From assembly GCF_006345805.1 (NCBI RefSeq), contig NC_043011.1, positions 45,148,464 through 45,212,463 on the forward strand: a DNA stretch of 64,000 bases, read 5' to 3'. Position numbers and translations under genes: made by a program. This document shows, piece by piece, positions 11,850 through 25,364 of this stretch (positions within the stretch are counted from its first letter, which is position 1; the number at the start of each line of letters is the position of its first letter). This DNA comes from Octopus sinensis (Eukaryota). The notes under the pieces were generated by a model. It did not search any database and had not been told where the DNA came from. It saw only the letters and a program-made list of their open reading frames with translations.

Positions 11850-12620
11850 TGGCTCATATATATATGAGTGGCTAACCAACCACATGGATCCGGGTTCAGT
11901 CCCACTGCGTGGCATCTTGGGCAAGTGTCTTCTGCTATAGCCCCGGGCCGACCAATGCCTTGTGAGTGGATTTGGTAGACGGAAACTGAAAGAAGCCTGT
12001 CGTATATATGTATATATATATGTGTGTGTGTGTGTTTGTCTCCCTAGCATTGCTTGTCAACTGATGCTGGTGTGTTTACGTCCCCGTCACTTAGCGGTTC
12101 GGCAAAAGAGACCGATAGAATAAGTACTGGGCTTACAAAGAATAAGTCCCGGGGTCGAGTTGTTTGATTAAAGGCGGTGCTCCAGCATGGCCGCAGTCAA
12201 AATGACTGAAACAAGTAAAAGAGTAAAAGAGTAAAGAGTATATGAGTGGCTGTGTGGTAAGTAGCTTGCTAACCAACCACATGGATCCGGGTTCAGTCCC
12301 ACTGCGTGGCATCTTGAGCAAGTGTCTTCTGCTATAGCCCCGGGCCGACCAATGCCTTGTGAGTGGATTTGGTAGACGGAAACTGAAAGAAGCCTGTCGT
12401 ATATATGTATATATATGTGTGTGTGTGTGTCTGTGTTTGTCTCCCTAGCATTGCTTGTCAACCGATGCTGGTGTGTTTACGTCCCCGTCACATAGCGGTT
12501 CGGCAAAAGAGACCGATAGAATAAGTACTAGGCTTACAAAGAATAAGTCCCGGGGTCGATTTGCTCGACTAAAGGCGGTGCTCCAGCATGGCCGCAGTCA
12601 AATGACTGAAACAAATAAAA
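11846..12620 (+). mobile_element. Head-to-tail tandem pair of young SINE family A copies
   Basis: Two near-identical copies share the ggatccggg variant; the first has a head deletion at a gct microhomology. Confidence 0.85.
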
Positions 12621-12720
12621 AAAAAAGGAAATATATCGGTGCCCCAGCATGGCCACAGCTCGTGAGCTGAAACTAGAATCAATCAATCATATATATATGC
12701 GTTTGTACGTGTGTTTATGT

Positions 12721-12755
<35 letters not shown>

Positions 12756-13325
12756 GTGTGTGTGCCTTGACTATAGCACCCGATCATAGCCGACTAACAC
12801 CGATACTTGGTTACGGAACAAAATTCATTTGGAGGCGGATGGCAAAATAGATCGATGTGTGCGTGTGTGCATCTATGTATGTGTGTGTGCGTTGTGGGGT
12901 GGCTGTAGAACGTGTGAATTGCTTGTGATTGTGTATATGTGTCGGTACATATATATATGTATATATATATATATAGGCTTCTCTCTGAAGGTGTGTGCGT
13001 GCGTGTATGTGTGAATACGGGTGTGTGAAGGAATAATGACGGACGATGGACAGATACATGCATCTCTCTCTTCACTCTCTCTCTCTCTCTCTTTCCCTCT
13101 CTAGTTTAGCACACACACATACACACACAGAGGCAGACTACCGTCTACGAAATACATGTGTGTGTGTGTGCGTGTGTGTGTGAGTGTGTGTGAGTGCACC
13201 TTAAAAAAATTCCTTATTACTCCGAGTTCCTCGTTTCTACGGGTAGGTAGGTGACTAGATACATAGATGGGATATGTATATAGAAAGAGATAGAAAAAGA
13301 AAACCCACACATATATGTAAAGATC

Positions 13326-13369
<44 letters not shown>

Positions 13370-14104
13370 TAGAGAGAGAAAGAAAGAAAAATATCTATAT
13401 ATCTATAAATATAAAGAGGGAGAGAGAGAGAGAGAGAATAGAAAGATCACATTTCCCCCATCGCCGTTTCCTAATCACATTCATCATCATCATCATCACA
13501 CCCAGTGTTACCATCACCATCACCATCACCGCCACACCACCAGCATCACCACTACAACCCCCTCCATCATCACTACCATCACAACTGCTACTACTTCTGC
13601 TGCTGCTGCTGCTCTCACTCTAACCTACTACTACTACTACTATTACTACTATATACGTTAATCCTCTATCACTACTACTACTACTATTATTACTATTATA
13701 TTATATCACCGTTATTCTCTGTACCCACCACAGCCGTCACCGCCACTACTACTACTTCTACACCTACCATCTCCACCACTACCATCACCACCTCTACCAC
13801 TAGTGCTACTACTGCTACTATCGTTGGCATATCTGTCATGGCCTCAACAACATCAACAATGCACGGCCGAGATGTAGTGACGATGGTACAGACTCATGTT
13901 GATGATGACAATGATAATATTGATTGGTGCGGCTTGTACAAGGATACCCAGGCGAAATACCTCACCCTCAAGGGACTCTCTGCTAAAGGTAGGTTCTCCT
14001 TAATATCACGAATGAAAGCCACAATATCACGGGGCGAACACCCGGACACCCATCGAATCGGTTACACAGACTGTAACGGCGTTGACCTTAAGTTTTGACT
14101 ACGA

Positions 14105-14154
14105 AACACACACACACACACACACGTACATACATATGTGTGTGTGTATATGCG

Positions 14155-14191
<37 letters not shown>

Positions 14192-14388
14192 TGTTTGTAT
14201 ATATATATGTGTGTGTGTGGTGTATATGTTTGTGTGTGTGTTTGTATATATATATATATATGTGTGTGTATATATATGTGTGTGTGTATATATATATATA
14301 TGTGTGTGTGTTTGTATATATATATATATATATGTGTGTGTTTGTATATATATGTGTGTGTGTTTGTATATATATGTGTGTGTGTTTG

Positions 14389-14419
<31 letters not shown>

Positions 14420-14594
14420 TTGTATATATATATATGTGTGTGTTTGTATATATATATATGTGTGTGTTTGTATATATATATGTGTGTGTGTTTGTATATA
14501 TATATATGTGTGTGTGTTTGTATATATATATGTGTGTGTGTTTGTATATATATATGTGTGTGTGTTTGTATATATATATATGTGTGTGTGTTTG

Positions 14595-14665
<71 letters not shown>

Positions 14666-14666
14666 A
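14105..14666. repeat. Compound (TG)n/(TA)n microsatellite with ~24-28-bp higher-order unit
   Basis: Repeated gtgtgtgtttgtatatatatat. Confidence 0.95.
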
Positions 14667-15492
14667 TAACGATGTAAAGGCGTGAACGCCACTACATCAC
14701 AACTGCATGCAACCGTAACATACACACATCAGCTTAATCTAATAAAACTATGATGATCGTATACACACATCTTGAAATGTTTTCTACGAAATGAAAAATT
14801 TATATCTATAAAGGCATTGCTCAAGCTTGGTCTTGACTGGGGTGGCTTAAACAGACCAAGGTACCGTATCCATGTATATATATATACACACACTCACACA
14901 CACACACACAGCGGCGAACGACTAATAGCGCAATATAAGCAAATAAGTAAGTAGCCCTTAAGTTTTGACAACGAAACCTGAAACAAATTTTAAAATAAAC
15001 TTCCTAAAGAAGAGAAATATAATAGTTATTATCATTTCAATATATCGAGGATGGTGTTTTTGGGAAATGTTAAAAACAATCTCAAGGCTTCGGTTATTTT
15101 CATGGAGCCACAAGTTCCATTCCAACCTTAGCTTAGCTTAGAAACCACCCGACCGATATAGAACCATTACGAATTGGCAATCATTTGTACATGATCGATA
15201 TAATTTACTTTACTCATTTCCATTACAATCGCGTTAATTGTAAGAAATATATATTAAAAAATATTTATTATTTATTATTATTAATAATTATTATTGTTGT
15301 GAAAATATCACAATTCTTCGTAATCACGTCACTCTGTGACTGAATTTAAAACCTATCTCGCTCTATTTTACATTTCAGCTTTCAGTGTTAGGACAGCAAA
15401 ACAAATACGGGTTAACGGGGTAGAGGTTAAAAATAACTGATTAAAACTCTGCCACCCCATTCCCATCCCAAGTGGCTTCTCGTGTATGCCCA

Positions 15493-15525
<33 letters not shown>

Positions 15526-16215
15526 ATTCTATCAAATTCCACTGTGGTTGGTTTTGCCTTTCATCCTCCCTGAATCGATAAAATAAAGTATTTAACAAGT
15601 ATTAAGATCGATGTAACCGAATAGCCCTCTCCCCCAAATTTCAGGCTCTGTGTCTATAGCAGAAAGGACTACTACTGCTGATGATGATACTACTACTAAT
15701 ACTACTGCTACTTGGAGGAGTTATTTCTTGAGGAATGAAATTTTTCGTCGCACCTCTGCGACCAGGTCAATGACTCTATAGTTGCAGTGAAACTGTGTCA
15801 GGGGTCAAACCGCAGTGGTGCGACGAAATTTTTGATATCTCAAATGAGACATTACAAGAAAATTTAACAGTTTCTGTTTTTTGTTTTTTTCATTTAGTTT
15901 TTTTTTTTTTTCTTAATGTCTAAAATGATTCTTCGTCGCTCCAATTCAACGCACAACCTCGGAAGATGAAGGAGTCATTTGCTTAACAAGTACAATTCCG
16001 AAAATTATTATTATTATATTATTATTATTATTATTATTATTTAGTTGACCTGTTAGAATGTCAAACATAAGTGCTTTTCATACTTCCAAAATACCATTCA
16101 CATACTGGAGTTAAACTAACGCGAGGCTCTACGCTATCGCTTGACATGCTTTAAATAACAACTAAATCAACTCCACATGAAAAACCAACAAACAAACAAA
16201 TTTTAAAAACCCTAC

Positions 16216-16307
16216 TTAGCTTCAAAACGAAGTGACATATTGAGTGATACAGATGTGGATACTCTAAATTCGAAAAATCTTGGATCTGTTTGATCAGATT
16301 AACTGAT
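16216..16307 (-). CDS. Possible upstream exon of the unidentified minus-strand gene
   Basis: Acceptor ttgtttaattccag, donor gtaggg, 30 open codons (SVNLIKQIQDFSNLEYPHLY...), end phase compatible with the 6798 exon; no homology support. Confidence 0.2.
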
Positions 16308-18591
16308 CTGGAATTAAACAAGACCGATTTTGTCTCCTCCGTTCTTAACAACAGTGCCAGATTTACAAATAGTGAGGATTTTAGCTATAAAGCTTGGGGT
16401 TCCTTATTGAAAAATTACACCAGAAAATCTCACATGAATTGAAAAACGTATGCCTTTCAATTATTTTCCGACCCCTTCGGATTAGGAAGCCCCAAGCTAG
16501 AGGATAGCTAGTTTGGCTTCTACGTGAATCAGGCACTAACTGTTTAACAGCATCAGGAAAAGGAATTCATTATTCTTTCAGTTGATTTCTTTATTAATCA
16601 ATCTGATAAACCCTACAAGTTTCTGCTCCATCCTTTACGTTCAAATCCTACTGAGGTTAAACTTTGCTTTCCACCCTTCTGGGGTCGATAAGATTAAAAA
16701 TACTAGTCAGGTCTTGGGGGTAAATCTTAGATGTGACCGAGTGATGTACCGTGCCGATGCTCTATCTTGGCCTTGACGAACATGGTTTAAACAAACTAGA
16801 GTATTCTATAATAAACACATATATTGCGGCTAACGGCCAATACAGACATATAACAAGAAAGGCGGGCCTAAAGATTTGATAACGAAACTTAAAAGGAATT
16901 TTAAAAGGTAAACGTAGGAGGGATGAATATTTATTTGCAGTTAATCGTTGTGGCTATGATTGATCATGGCTTTGGCATGACTTGATAAGCTATTTTCATA
17001 CTGGTCAGTTTTTCGTTTGAATTTGCCATTTATTGTGATCAGTTCCTTTCTACTTCATATTCCTTGCGACTAACAGCCAAAACACACACACACACACACA
17101 CACACAAAGATGTATCTAAAGATTTGACCACGAAGCCTGAAAGGAATTTAAACAGAGAAACGTAGCAGAAAAGGATAGTAATTATCATTAATTAACTGTA
17201 ACGAGGATAATGTCTTAGGCAATGTTTAGATATTCTTAAGGCATCGATACATTTAACTACATAGATTCGTAGTTCAAACATGACGCCGGGATCGATTTTT
17301 TTCGCGTATCTGTGGTGAAATAGAGAGTCGATTTAATAGACTGAAACCCCACTTCCTCTGCGTATTTGTGGTCTTTCGTCTGATGGTTGAAGGGGATGTA
17401 TAGGGAATGAAGGTTCAGAAGAGAAATAACTCCCTCGACTCTTCGTAATCTTCTCTTCTCTTTGCTCTCACTGAATGAAGAAAAATACAGAAGGTCATTT
17501 CGTTTAAATCTGGCATAGGCAACCGTCTTCACCATCAGTCGAGCCGCACTACTTAAAGAATTCAAGGTAATTTTTCGTTTAGTCGTGCCATTCAGAAGGT
17601 CCTTCGGGTTACTGTTAGCTCATGGCTGGATTAAACTATATCCACACACAGCCTTTCAACTAAAACAACAAAAACACTCACTGAGACCTATCCGGAGAAT
17701 ATGTCAGCGAATGATTCAAAGTTACCGGTTTAATTTCCTTTTATCGCCAGCTCAGCCCTGATCCAGCAGAACTGTGATCAAAAACGTTCCAGTCGTAACC
17801 TTCGCATTTTTTAGTTAGACAGTGGATCTCCGTCCACAAAACGTATTCCTTCATTTTTCGATTTATTACTTTATTTTAAAAAAAAGTTGTCAAGATGTTG
17901 TGAATTCAATGCAGATTTTTCATCATTGATTTATATGTGAACTTATATAAAATGGGGTTTCTCTTCACCAAACCAATAATATTTTAAGGGAATTATAGGC
18001 GTTTTTAAGTTCTCACAAAAGCTACTGGATTAATGACAATATAAAGGAGGAAGCTATTGTACTTAGTGACTAAAGAACGGAGTGAGTGTGTGACTGAAGA
18101 ATGATGTGACTGAAAGGCGGTTTATGTGACTGGTGATTGGTGTGTACTTGAAGAATGATGTGTATGACTGAAGGAAGGTGTGCATGAGACTAAAGAATGA
18201 TGTGTGTGACTGAAGAATTGTGTGTCTGAGACTAAAGAATGGTGTGTGTGTGTGTGTGTGTGTGACTGACTGAATGATGGAGCGTGTTTTTCATGTTTTT
18301 TTTTAAAATCCAAATTGATATTTGTTGAATAATTTCTTAGATATATTTACACACATTTATTTAATTAACGAATTAAAACTTTTAGATGTTGATGGCTAAA
18401 GTTAATTATTGCCGAGTAATTATAATTGAGAAAATAAAACCACTGCTTACTCTGATTAAATCAATGAATGAAATCACTGTATATAATCGATATATGTACG
18501 CTTTCTGTTAGTGTTCTATGTGTGTGCATAGTTTGATATTTGGCAATACACAAAACTCTTGGTCCACGATGAGACCATAATCGAAACATTG

Positions 18592-18648
<57 letters not shown>

Positions 18649-18845
18649 GTTAATCCAAACATGAAAGCACAAAAAAAACACAACAACGCGAGGACGTGGA
18701 ACAAATATAGTATTATTGGACGCTCAGGAAAGGAAAGAAGGAGGGTTCAACGTTTCGAGCGGAGCTCTTCGTCGGAAACATAGGAGAAGGAAGATCCAGA
18801 GAAGGGTAAACAGAGGGGAAAAATCGCCAACGGTACACACGCGGT
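18649..18845 (-). mobile_element. Short Penelope-like terminal element
   Basis: Near-identical copy at ~20536-20700; embedded in (TA)n/(CA)n; carries a hammerhead-like motif. Confidence 0.55.
18745..18779 (-). ncRNA. Minimal hammerhead ribozyme-like motif (variant core)
   Basis: GUUU-CCGACGA-A-GAGC(UCC)GCUC-GAAACGUU-GAAC. Confidence 0.45.
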
Positions 18846-18890
<45 letters not shown>

Positions 18891-18892
<2 letters not shown>

Positions 18893-19780
18893 GATGGATT
18901 CTCTTGTGAACGACAAATGAAGGTTCAGTAAAATAAGGGAGTGATCATGTTCTATGGGCGCGAATGTGTCTCTTGAGGGGCCTGCTGGTGTCTTGCAAAC
19001 CTTTTGGCAAATGTAATAAGTTGAGGACTCGGTTTGCTTGTGGATCATTTACTATGTGTCTTCTTGAGAGGAACGGCAAGGCCTGCTTTGCTTCGTGCCA
19101 CAAAACTGCAATGACAAGTAAAGTTTCTATTGAGAGGACCCTATTTCTTTACTACCCACAAGGGGCTAAACACAGAAAGGACAAACAAGGTCAGACAGAC
19201 GGATTAAGTCGATTACATCGACCCCAGTGCGTAACTGGTACTTAATTTATCGACTCCGAAAGGATGAAAGGCAAAGTCGACCTCGGCGGAATTTGAACTC
19301 AGAACGTAACGGCAGACGAAATACGGCTACGCATTTCGCCTGGCGTGCTAACGATTCTGCCAGCTCGCCGCCTTCTATTGAGAGGAGCCGCGTCATGGCA
19401 GCGTGCTTTCATGCTTGCACGAAGTTGGTCCCGATGTTGGAGTCGACTTTGCATCGAATCTTTGAACTGAGGAGAAGCAGGACTGGCGCCAGGTTTTGAG
19501 TTCTAATGCTTTGTTTTTGTTTTCCCAAGAAGAAAAGAGAATACTGCATCGCTTCGAATTTTTCTTTTAGTTTGTCTTTGAAGCGCATGAGTGGCCTTCA
19601 AGCTGACCTTTCTGTTGATAACTGGCCAAAAAGAAGTTGCTTCGGAATTCTGATAAACATATATATTTATTATGGTGTTAAGTCTATGTACAGTCATAGA
19701 TTGACCAATGGTTTCGCATCCTCAAAGGGCTTATCCTCATGAGCGTCGCGTCAGACTGCAAAGCCGAAGACAAGTGTATA
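18891..19780 (-). mobile_element. RTE-clade LINE 3' fragment with C2H2 fingers (decayed, interrupted by SINE B)
   Basis: RIPKQLLFGQLS..RPLMRFKDKLK..WE..TWRQ, then FTCHCSFVARSKAGL and ICQKVCKTPAG-LKRHIRAH, read across frameshifts. Confidence 0.8.
19139..19372 (-). mobile_element. SINE family B with 14-bp TSD
   Basis: TSD ttctattgagagga at 19125-19138 and 19373-19386. Confidence 0.9.
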
Positions 19781-20636
19781 TATTTATGACAAAACGGGAA
19801 AATGGAAACTATTTGGTATTAGTCATTCTCCATTGCACGAGTTTCATTTGCTATATATTCATTCCATTTTCATATAAAAATGTTCTCTGTCCGACAATTT
19901 TTCTAATAGGAAATTCTTTACATATCTATATAACATATAAATCTTGGTAATTCCTATTAGCAAATGAAATACGCGTAATGGAAAATAAATGATATCAAAT
20001 ACTGGTAATTTTCCGCTTTTGTTTTTCCGTAATTCTCAATTTTAATGTGTGTTTTGATTTACGCACAGCACTAACTATGGATACATATTGATTGTAATAT
20101 TGAAATAAGTAGATGTGATTGAAGAAGAAACAACTGAGATTTACGAAAACTACCTACCTATATATAGGCACCGGGATTATCCTTACCATTATTGTTTTTA
20201 CGTATTTTGTATTCTTATTCGTGCTATCATTATTGTTTTTACGTATTTTTGTATTTTTATTCGTATAACATCTTCCGTTTTCCGTCCCTGTGTTGTATAC
20301 ATTCGAGGCTTTCTTCCAAGGAATCTAATGCGCTTGGCTTAGATTTCCCTTGGGGGCTGCCCAGATCGGAGCAATCTCAAGATTAATCAGCCGAAATTGC
20401 GAAGATGATCCGGTTCTTGACTGATGATTGAGGGCTTTGAATGTCCCGTCCGTGTTTTTTGTGTCGTCTTCTAAATGTTTCACGTTCTTGTCCCAGTTTG
20501 TATATTTTTTTTACTTTTACATATATATATATAAAGTTAATCCAAACATGAAAACACAAAGAGAAAACACAACAACTCGAGGACGTGGAACAAATATAGT
20601 ATTATTGGACGCTCAGGAAGGAAGGGAAGAAGGAGG

Positions 20637-20671
20637 GTTTAACATTTCGAGCGGAGCTCTTCGTCGGAAAC
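20637..20671 (-). ncRNA. Minimal hammerhead-like motif, second copy
   Basis: GUUU/AAAC stem I and the same stem II; GAAAU instead of GAAAC. Confidence 0.35.
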
Positions 20672-21390
20672 ATAGGAGAAGGAAAGATCCAGAGAAGGGA
20701 ATATATACACATACATACATACATACATACACACACAGTTAAGTGATGAAATGAAAATGGAGTACGAAGTTAACAATTATTTATTATTAGCAGATTGGTC
20801 ATCCTTACTTCTTACACCTGTTTCAATTAATGCTCAATAATTTAATTACAGATTTGTACATTAAATTTGCTTTTACATGACATGAGCATAATCCCATCAG
20901 AGAGGGGGAGGAGGAGAGAGAGACGCCGGCATGGTTGTGTGGAAACAAGTTTGCTTCCTAACCACTTAGTTTTGGGTTCAGTCCCGTTGTGCGGCAGCTT
21001 GGACAGGTGCTTTCTGCTATAGCCCCAAGCCTATATATATATACGACTTGAAGAAACCCGTCGTATAATAATATCTGTGAGTTTGTTCCACCTCCCCACC
21101 ACCACCACCACCACCACCACCATACAACCGCATGGCAACCGACGCTGGTTTGTTTGCGTCCCCGTAACTTTGCAGTTCGATAGAATAAATGCCAGGCTGA
21201 TACCCAACAAGCACTGGGTAGATTTGTTCAGCTACACCAGCATGGTCGCAGTCAAATGACTGAAAGAGATATCTTTATATGTATATACATATGTACGTGT
21301 ATATATGCTATATATATGTATATATATATGAGTGTATATTTATGTTTATATATATATATATATATATATATATGAGTGTATATTTATGTT

Positions 21391-21423
<33 letters not shown>

Positions 21424-21463
21424 CTATATATATGTGTGTGTTTATACACGTACTCACACACAT

Positions 21464-21539
<76 letters not shown>

Positions 21540-22335
21540 ATATATATATATGTTGCCATAGAATTTAGTAGCAGCAGTAGTAGTTAGTAGTAGACAATGC
21601 CACGTCTAAAATAATAAATTGGTTCAATATTTTCGTTTCAAATTATTTATTGCAATACTTCCACGACAGTCTGTCTTCAGATTCCAGTTATCTTCGCGTT
21701 GTGAATGGTTTATTTGTTTTCATTAATATCTGATTTTTCATATCGGACCTTACACTCTGGACCGACAGGCTTTTGGTCTACTCTGCTGATATGGCCACAG
21801 TGTACGTGTAGGTACAATAGTGGTATACATGTATGTATGTATGCAATAATGTTTTGTACACATACACATATATATACACACTGTCTTACATATATAACAA
21901 TAATATTAAGGAACCCACAATATAGTGGAAAATTTTGGTAAGCGCACACACAAGGAAGTCTGTGAAGGGCTTATATATATATATATACATATTTATACAT
22001 AAGTTTGTGTGTGTGTTGTGTGTAGGATTTGTTTGTCTACAAGAACAATCTCGTGTTGTTATTCGTACTATAATGCTGGATTGAATCAACTTTATTCTTA
22101 TTTAATATATGTTAAATGTTTCAAAAATAGTATTAAACATACGTAATGTTAGGCGACAACTTAACATTTGAAGTCTTCCTGCCTTAATAGATTTAATGAC
22201 GTTTGTGTCTGTGTATTTAGACTTCTGTTGCATATTGCGGCCTTAGTTTTGTGGTGCCAATACAATGGACTGTTGTGTGTGTGTGTGTGTATATATATAT
22301 GTGTATATACATATATATATATATGTGTATATATA

Positions 22336-22381
<46 letters not shown>

Positions 22382-24417
22382 TATGTCCGTATGTAAACAG
22401 AAGTGTGTGTAAGCATACATTTACATATTACCTGTGTGTATGTACGTATGTTAGATAGATAGGTAGGTAGGTGGGTGGATGGATGGGTGGGTGGGTGGAT
22501 GGATGGATGGATAGACAGACAGACAGACACACACACACACACACTATTATATCTGAACTTAGGTTGTTTCGGGTTGTGTATTTTTCGATTTCATGTCGGT
22601 CTCAGCGAACGTTTAAAAGCATTAAACAATATTTGTTTTAAAATTACTTAAAAACCCAATACTAAAGTGGAAACTCGAATAAAATACATGTGGAAATAAG
22701 TACGAACCATTTATTCAAACAAATATATAAGCTAATAAATTTTCAAAATTGTTTTTTTCGTGTTATGTCGTTTTTGGAGTTGTCATGTCTTAAACTAAAC
22801 CAATCGCATACATAAGTTGAAATGTGTGTGTGTGTGTGTGTGATAGCTTTTAGTTTCCCGATCATACTATACAACCGATTGGTAAATGAACAAATTCCAT
22901 TTGAAGCCATTTAACCGTTATTCACCCGAATCACTACCATTAAATTAAAATCCATTCATTGCTATTCTACTTTCTTGCTTGTTCTAGCTATATTTGTTGT
23001 TGCTTAACCCCAGGTGGAACAGGGCTGTGATCAAAAGCGTTCCAGCCTGACTATTCTGTCACCTTTTCACAGATATTTCGGACTACTTCATTGAAATCGT
23101 TTTTTTTTTTCCCCTTTTTCCTTTCCTTTTAAAACAGTAATATGTAATCCGAGGGATGTTTGGCTGCTATTTCTAGTAAGTCCAGCCTCCCCTCTTTAAC
23201 GCCGGTTGGCTCTAACGCCGATCATGTAAGCTACTGAAAATATCTCAGCTTTATCACTCCTTTGAAATAACATCTTTATTATTCTATTGCAAGGCTAGTT
23301 ATATTATTAACCATATTAATACATCACTAATCATATTAATACATCATTAACGATATAAATATGTTATTATTATTTGATTTCCAACTATCGACACAGACAT
23401 GCCGGGTTTTTAGCACCGGACTGCTGCAACCTCCCTCGCTTTCGTTTTTATTCATATTTTCCCATTCATTCATTCTTTCGTTCGTGAATCGGTGATTATT
23501 ATTGATCTATCAGTTGAATATACTTCCCACTTCTCCCTTATCTGTCTCCTTTTTCTCCCCCAAACCCCCTGTTAACCAAACTATTCTATTTTGATTATTT
23601 AATTTTTTTATACTGATATTTTATTTAAATAACAGTTGGAATTTCTATCGCCGCTGGATCCTAAGTTTTTCGCCTTCGAGACCTTAAAATACTAAGAGAC
23701 AACCATCATTCAATATAGAAAATTGTACTTTCGCTCTGTTAGAAACAGCTGCTAAATCTTACTGAAACTGTGCCAAACAGTCTTAAATAAGGAATAGAAT
23801 GCACTGGATAATGTCGTTCTCCATATTCCTTCATAAAAGACAGAATGTTCACAGCTGGAATATCTTTGATCATGGATGGTTATTCGATCAAGGTTTTTGA
23901 CCTGGGAGCTAAATAACAACAATAAAGAGAAGCCTGTTTGCGATTGTTTAGCCAAAGATCTGTAATAATTTTAACGGGGCTTCTTTATTTTTATTGAACC
24001 CAAAAGGATGAAAAACAAAGTCGACCTCGGCAGGATTTGAACTCACAATGTAAACAGCCGGAACTAAATATTTCGTTCGACACTCAATAATTCTGCCAGC
24101 TTTTGAGAATTCAGAAAGGAAAAAGAAACACAGAACTCAATCTATTTATAATGGGCTTTCCTATCAGTCAAATATTTTCGGTGCTTCTACGTTTCCAGAG
24201 CTTCGTGAAAGAGAATGCATTTACCTGGTCAGATTCAGGTGAAAGCCATAATTTGGCCGAAAACTGTTTCATGTATTTGGTATTAAATAATTCTCTCGTC
24301 ACTAAGCATTCGTTAGTTAAAAGCCAGGCTTTTGCTCACGTTAACTAGGGATATAATCAATATATTTAGGTGGATCCAATTTCAATAATGACAATATCAC
24401 CTGAGACTGTTTTAGAG

Positions 24418-24706
24418 CAGAGGTCCCCTAGCTTTCATATACAACGGACTGGTCTCATGCCACGCAATTTTTCTACGGACCGGGGTATCAGGGGCTTAAC
24501 TAAACGCAATCAATTGCATAAAATATAATTTAATTATTACATATATATTACATGAGTGGCTGTGTGGTAAGTAGCTTGTTAACCAACCACATGGTTCCGG
24601 GTTCAGTCCCACTGCGTGGCATCTTGGGCAAGTGTCTTCTGCCATAGCCCCAGGCCGACCAATGCCTTGTGAGTGGATTTGGTAGACGGAAACTGAAAGA
24701 AGCCTG

Positions 24707-24737
<31 letters not shown>

Positions 24738-25064
24738 TTGTGTTTGTTCCCCCAGCATTGCTTGACAACCGATGCTGGTGTGTTTACGTCCCCGTAACTT
24801 AGCGGTTCGGCAAAAAGAGACCGATAGAATAAGTACTGGGCTTACAAAAAGAATAAGACCCGGGATCGAGTTACTCGACTAAAGGCGGTGCTCCAGCATG
24901 GCCGCAGTCAAATGACTGAAACAAGTAAAAGAGTAAAAGAGTAATATATGACGCAAAAAACACACCGCAGACTGCTATAGTTAATGAAACAGAAATAAAA
25001 CTTTATTTTTGTGCGTGCCGCTCCTGCTGGTCTGCGGCTAGGGGGGGGGGGTTGGAACCCCCTG
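24418..25064. mobile_element. hAT-type (Charlie/MER1-like) MITE interrupted by SINE A
   Basis: Imperfect TIRs cagaggtcccctagc and ggttggaaccccctg; internal caatttttctacggaccgggg and ggtctgcggc resemble Charlie3/MER1 as recalled; TSD not intact. Confidence 0.5.
24553..24943 (+). mobile_element. SINE family A, young copy
   Basis: Full length with CpGs retained. Confidence 0.85.
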
Positions 25065-25364
25065 CATTGTAGTACCAAGCCGTTTACCTTACTGTTTTCT
25101 ATTTTACTTTAGTTCTTTGATAGTTTCATTTTATAGGAAAGTGCTTTCACTTTTTTTTGATACTCGTGTCTATTGTAAATAACCTACTTTTGACAAAGTA
25201 ATTGCTTTCATGCGGCTCTGAAGACGAAGACGCATTTAGATCCTGTTCTATATCTTGAAACTGTTTCTACGAATATATCTGTTTACCGTTAACATTTAAT
25301 CTGCTGTTGGGGGAAATCAGGAAAAAAATTTTCACTTTAATCATTTATTTTTTTTTTATCTTTT

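Noticed and set aside
13505-14098. 197-aa ORF with a non-repetitive C-terminal part
   Set aside because: The N-terminal two thirds is microsatellite, the remainder has no recognisable motif, and there is no convincing acceptor.
14082-14725. Long C/V/Y/I-rich and H/T/Y/I-rich ORFs (also 30300-30916, 40692-41606, 53824-54435)
   Set aside because: Translations of TA/TG/TATG repeats that lack stop codons.
15765-15810. SECIS-like ATGA...AAA inside a stem-loop
   Set aside because: Wrong spacing and no 3' GA to form the kink-turn quartet.
17257-17620. Open minus-strand frame of about 120 codons near the CpG-rich domain
   Set aside because: No recognisable homology, start context or matching splice sites; left unresolved.
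18964-19499. Plus-strand ~95-aa ORF restored by removing the SINE B insertion
   Set aside because: It is the antisense of a decayed RTE LINE whose motifs read clearly on the minus strand.
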